Assembly (NCBI GenBank): GCA_004431415.1
Contig: QPMI01000002.1
Coordinates: 1-54,908, forward strand
Direction: 5' to 3'
Source of the DNA: Cyanophora paradoxa CCMP329
Taxonomy: Eukaryota; Plantae; Glaucophyta
DNA length: 54,908 nt
Each line of letters begins with the position of its first letter. Within the stretch, counting starts at the first letter, position 1. The position numbers and the translations under genes were made by a program. The notes below the pieces were generated by a model. That model saw only the letters and a program-made list of their open reading frames with translations. It made no database searches and was not told the origin of the DNA. Positions 51,009 to 54,908 of the stretch are shown here, piece after piece.

Positions 51009-51261
51009 CGTGTAACAGGAAAATACAGATCGGAAATTAGTGGATCATAAAACTTGCCCTCTCATAGGCGAATACTGGAGCCGAAATTAGTGGACCAAAA
51101 CCTGTTCAGGCTTGTATGGGCGGTAATTTTGGGGGGTACTGTACGGGCAGCTTAGCAGCAGAGAAATACTGGAGCGGGAAATTAGTGGACTGAGTCAAGA
51201 TTTCGGTCCACTAATTTCGGCTCCACTAATTTTCAGCGTCCAGTATTTTCCTGTTACACGG
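51009..51261. mobile_element. MITE 2 (~250 bp), TA-flanked
   Basis: TA|CGTGTAACAGGAAAATAC ... GTATTTTCCTGTTACACGG|TA; internal GAAATTAGTGGA x3 and inverted CCACTAATTT x2. Confidence 0.82.
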
Positions 51262-51306
51262 TAGATCACTCGAGCTCGAGCTCGGAGAGTCGATCCAGGA
51301 ACGCTA

Positions 51307-51616
51307 CCGTAGAACACAATATTATGTCATGCAAATTTATGTCGTTTTAAAACCCGGCCTTTTCCATGCGAAATATGTCGTCCCAAATTATGTCGGCATG
51401 AAATTTTCAGGCTTGTATGGGCGGTAATTAGACTAGAGCTGTGGCCGGTAATTCACCAAAAAACAATTGTATGGGGCGGTAATTTTGGGGGTACTGTAGG
51501 GCGACTTAGCGAGCCCGTATTATGACGTCCACAAATTATGTCGTTTTGTCCCGTCCAAGGCGAAATAATTTCGGGACGACATAATAAATTACAGACCTTA
51601 ATATTGTGTTCTACGG
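51307..51616. mobile_element. MITE 3 (~310 bp), TA-flanked
   Basis: TA|CCGTAGAACACAATATTA ... TAATATTGTGTTCTACGG|TA (perfect 18-bp TIR); internal ATTATGTCG repeats. Confidence 0.88.
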
Positions 51617-52366
51617 TAGCGCTCTGACCGTCGGATCCGGAGACTCGGAGTCTGAGGATCGCAGTTCGCAACTTCGCATAACCATGAATCGCAGTCATAT
51701 GGTATCCATATATGCTTTTTTTCAATAATGGTGAACAGCAATAGTAGTAGTAGCTGCAAATTGCCCTGCAATACCCGATCTTCCGAGTTCAACGGTTCGC
51801 GATCTCTATGTGTGCGAATTTCGAATTCGTCGCGAAATATCAGAGTCTCAGTGACTCTCACGGACTTAAACTTGAAACAGCCAGAATATTAATTATAATG
51901 TCGAACAGTACTAGTGTGTTCGCCCTAGCTGCGAGTGTGTAAATTCAGAGTGTAATTGCAATTGCCACGTGCACAACTAATTGGTTCATCATCGATGGCA
52001 TGATCAGCTCGCAGCTTTTCAAAGTTTTCTTCGAATTCAGCTGCTAATTTCAGCATCGATATCACTGAGTCATTCATGAAGGTTGCAATTGACGTTCCGT
52101 CGTTCACGGCAACTTATAATTAACGCTAGCGCAGCAGATTCAGGGGCCGGTTCATGGGCCGAATCATGGCATGCCACCGATGAAATCAGTGATGATGCCA
52201 GGCATTGCCACTGTTTGCCAGCCATTGGCCCGCGGCCGAGGGCCGACTCTCCCGGGCCTGATATCGATCATGAGTAGAGCTGTGCTCGCTGGGGGGGGGG
52301 CGGGCCCAGCGGCCGCTGAAGCCCGGCGAGCGGCGCCCGTCGCTGGCCCGTCGCTGAGGTGGGGGT

Positions 52367-53330
52367 ACCGCCAAAACCTGTCGAAAAACTGCTGAAGACC
52401 AACCGAAAATCTATGTGTTCCGTGTAGTTTATTTCGTACAAGCTTTTAAGATGCGCCGCGGCGCGCGTACGCAAATGCAGATTTAATGCTTAGTTCCGCG
52501 AGCCATCTGTCAATTAAAAATATTTCTGCGAGACTCTGAGATAGAGGCCAGCTGCAGGCTGCTTTAAATTTTGGGCGAAGCGGAGCGCCTGGATGCTCGA
52601 AAACAGTCGAAATTTAGCAAGATTGATCGGCTACGCCGACCTACGTCGACCTTCAGATGAGAAAAAAGCGGGATGGAGCTTTTTTTGGCGCCTGTCAGCC
52701 TTAAAAAACGCTGAGCGAGGAGGTGTCGCTGGCGGAAAACGCCAAGCGTAGCGGCCGCTGGAACCTCGCGAAGCGACCACCAGCGACCACAGCCCTAATC
52801 ATGAGTCGACGTCCCGGACTCCCGGCCGAGGCCCGACTCACTGGCCCAGTGGCACTGACCGTCGGACGACTCACAGCTGCACGCGGCAGTGACTCCGCCC
52901 GACGTCGACAGTCCCGACTCCCGACTCCCGACTCCCGAGTCCCGACTCCCGACTCGCGGGCCGCGGCCGGGGCCGCCGGGCCTGAGGGCCGACCCGGCCG
53001 AGGTCCGACTGGGGCCGACTCCCGAGGGCCGGGACTCGGGGCCGGGACTCCCGGGAGCCGAGGGCCAAGCGAGGGCCCCCGGCCCCAGGCCCCCAGCCTC
53101 CCCTCCCAGGGCCTCTCGGGGTGGCCGGCCTAGCGACCACTTTCAAAAAGTTTGGCGCCGCGAGCGACCGTCGGACGCCCGTCGACCGTCGACGTCGCTC
53201 GCTCGTCGCTCAGCTGGGAGTACCCGGACCATATACGTACATAACCCGGTGACCGTCAAAACCTGACGAAAAAATGCTGAAAACCGCTCGAAGTCCTATC
53301 TGTTCCTTTCAGTTCGTTTCGTACTAGCCT
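52367..53330 (+). repeat. Degenerate ~80-bp direct repeat pair (52367-52445 and 53252-53330)
   Basis: accgccaaaacctgtcgaaaaactgctgaagacc...tttcgtacaagc vs accgtcaaaacctgacgaaaaaatgctgaaaacc...tttcgtactagc. Confidence 0.7.
52800..53130. repeat. GC-rich CCGACTC/GAGTC low-complexity tract; similar tracts at 49370-49590, 49860-50080 and 50810-50900
   Basis: (cccgact)n at 52912-52955; ggagtccgggactccggactccggagtccggactcc at ~50843-50878. Confidence 0.75.
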
Positions 53331-53824
53331 AGTAGTACCGTACGCGTAGTAGTACGTATACGGTATACGTATACGTATACTCCGGATCGGAATCCGGATC
53401 CGAGCCGGGCGCCTGCCACCGTGGCACTGCGGCACGGCACTGGCCCACTGGGCCTGGCACTGGCTGCCAGGGCCTGCTCTCAGACTAGCTAGACTCAGAG
53501 TCTAGAAATTCCAAGTTCATGGTAAAATTCATGGTCCGCGCGCGCATGCTGGTAAAATTCATGAATGTACCCCGACCCTGGGACTCAGGGGAGGGTCAAA
53601 GGCTGGGAGTCGTACGTATACTACTGTCACTGTCTGTCAGCGTCTTTTTGCATTTGTCATAACGTTGACTCAGTGCCAGAGTCGGGACTTGAACGTACTA
53701 CGGTAACATGTACATATGCATGCCTCGCAATTCTCACACTCGATCGCACTCACGGCGTCTCGCGAGTTTCGGCGTCTCGACCGCACGCGGGGCGCGGGCT
53801 GCGGCCACCCGGCAGCAGCGCGGG

Positions 53825-54908
53825 CTACTCCATGGAGCCGCGGGTGACGCCGAGCTGGGAGAGGAGCTTGAGCTCGCGCCAGAGGTCGGCGCCGGAGAGC
53901 TCGCCGCGGGCGAGGGCGCCGTAGCACTCGAGGGTGCGCCGCACGCGCCCGGGCCCCTCGTCCACGAACTCGACCCGGAAGGCCCGCGCCCCGGCCCCGC
54001 CAGCCGCCCGAAGTGCTCCGCCCCCGTCTGCGCCCTCCGTTGTACACCGTGTTCCGGCACCCCGCGTCCCCCTGCGCGCGCGCGACGGCGAGTCGGGTCG
54101 AGTTTCGCGGCAGAGGCGGAGGGGCGCGGGGGCGGGGCGGGCGGGCCTTGAGGGTGTGGCGGGTGCCGACGCGGTCCTCGAGCTCGACGGCGTGCGCCTC
54201 GCAGGGCCGCCCGCAGTCCCGGAAGTCCTTCCCCTCGCTCAGGAACGCGCAGAAGACGCTGCGAGACGCGAAGGCACGTGAGCGGGGGCGGGGGTGGGGG
54301 TGGGAGGGAAGAGGGGCGGGGAGGGGAGGGCGCCAGTGCTCCATGTGGAACATGGGGATGCGCTGGTGGAGGGTGACCTCGAGGACCCCCGGGGGGCACG
54401 CCTCCAGCAGCGGCACCAGCTCCGCCGCGCTTAGGTCGTAGCTCGCCGTCAGCCGCTCCAGCGCCCGCGCGCCCTCCCCTCCCTCCCCGCCCCCAAGCGG
54501 GTCGGCCCGCGGCAGGCCCAGGAAGTGCGCCGCCGAGAGCGGGTTCGCCACGTTGAACGAGAAGTCCGCCACCTGCGCGGGGTAGAGGGATGAGGGCTTT
54601 CGAAGAGAGACGGGGGTACGGGCAGGGACGCGCCATGCGGGCCCCGCGCTCGGCGCCGAAGAAGCGCAGGTGCTCGTAGTTGCGGACGAGGTACCCGTCC
54701 GCCCCCCCGCGCGCCACCTGAAGGAAGCGGGGTCAGGCGGGGAAAGGAGGGGGAGGCGGGGGCGGGGGGCGGGCCTGCTCGAGGATCCAGCGCTCGTTGG
54801 GCTTGAAGATGCGGGGCGGGGCGACGAAGACCTCGGTGCCGGGGGAGATCTCGCGCGCCTCGGGCACCAGCGCCGCGTACGCCCGCGGGTCCTCCACGTC
54901 CAGGTACA
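53825..54908 (-). CDS. 3' part of a peptidase-U32 family protein (RlhA-like 23S rRNA hydroxylase, cyanobacterial type); 4 introns, 5' end beyond the window
   Basis: Spliced product: VFVAPPRIFKPNERWILEQ|VARGGADGYLVRNYEHL..M|VADFSFNVANPL..RLTASYDL..EVTLHQRIPMFHMEHC|VFCAFLSEGKDFRDCGRPCE..LEDRVG..HTLK|GDAGCRNTVYNG..FRVEF..LWRELKLLSQLGVTRGSME*. Introns 54718-54774, 54573-54633, 54259-54333 and 54072-54146. Two homopolymer frameshifts near 53985-54035. Confidence 0.9.

Noticed and set aside
48900-53300. Arg/Pro/Gly-rich ORFs in the intergenic region
   Set aside because: They arise from low-complexity GC-rich DNA and MITEs, with no domain or splice structure.

Overview
The window has two compositionally distinct parts. 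Positions 1-9832 are AT-rich, gene-dense and intronless, and look like the right end of an endogenous DNA virus. No capsid, polymerase or integrase gene is in the window, so NCLDV vs Polinton-like vs virophage is unresolved. This part carries a long phage-type tail-fibre gene with an inverted partial twin, four fibre paralogues with a shared N-terminus and different heads (two are C1q), a probable fibre chaperone, a DUF723-like zinc ribbon, a tiny F-box-like ORF and an AdoMet decarboxylase. It ends in ~1.2 kb of iteron-like repeats and, exactly at the AT/GC junction, a 94-nt hairpin built from a GAA triloop and three tandem G-A pairs. Positions 9833-54908 are GC-rich, intron-rich eukaryotic DNA, probably from an alga. 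They contain an F-box/LRR gene and a ~35-kb gene for a roughly 10,000-aa single-pass membrane protein (~20 filamin-like Ig modules, REJ, GAIN/GPS, TM, then ~30 apparently cytoplasmic FnIII domains in a 585/585/591-bp higher-order repeat). After that come an intergenic region with three TA-flanked MITEs and the 3' part of a cyanobacterial-type U32/RlhA gene whose four visible introns are all GC-AG. Many 1-bp homopolymer indels suggest long-read assembly errors, so gene boundaries are approximate. Family assignments come from motif recognition only; no database search was run.
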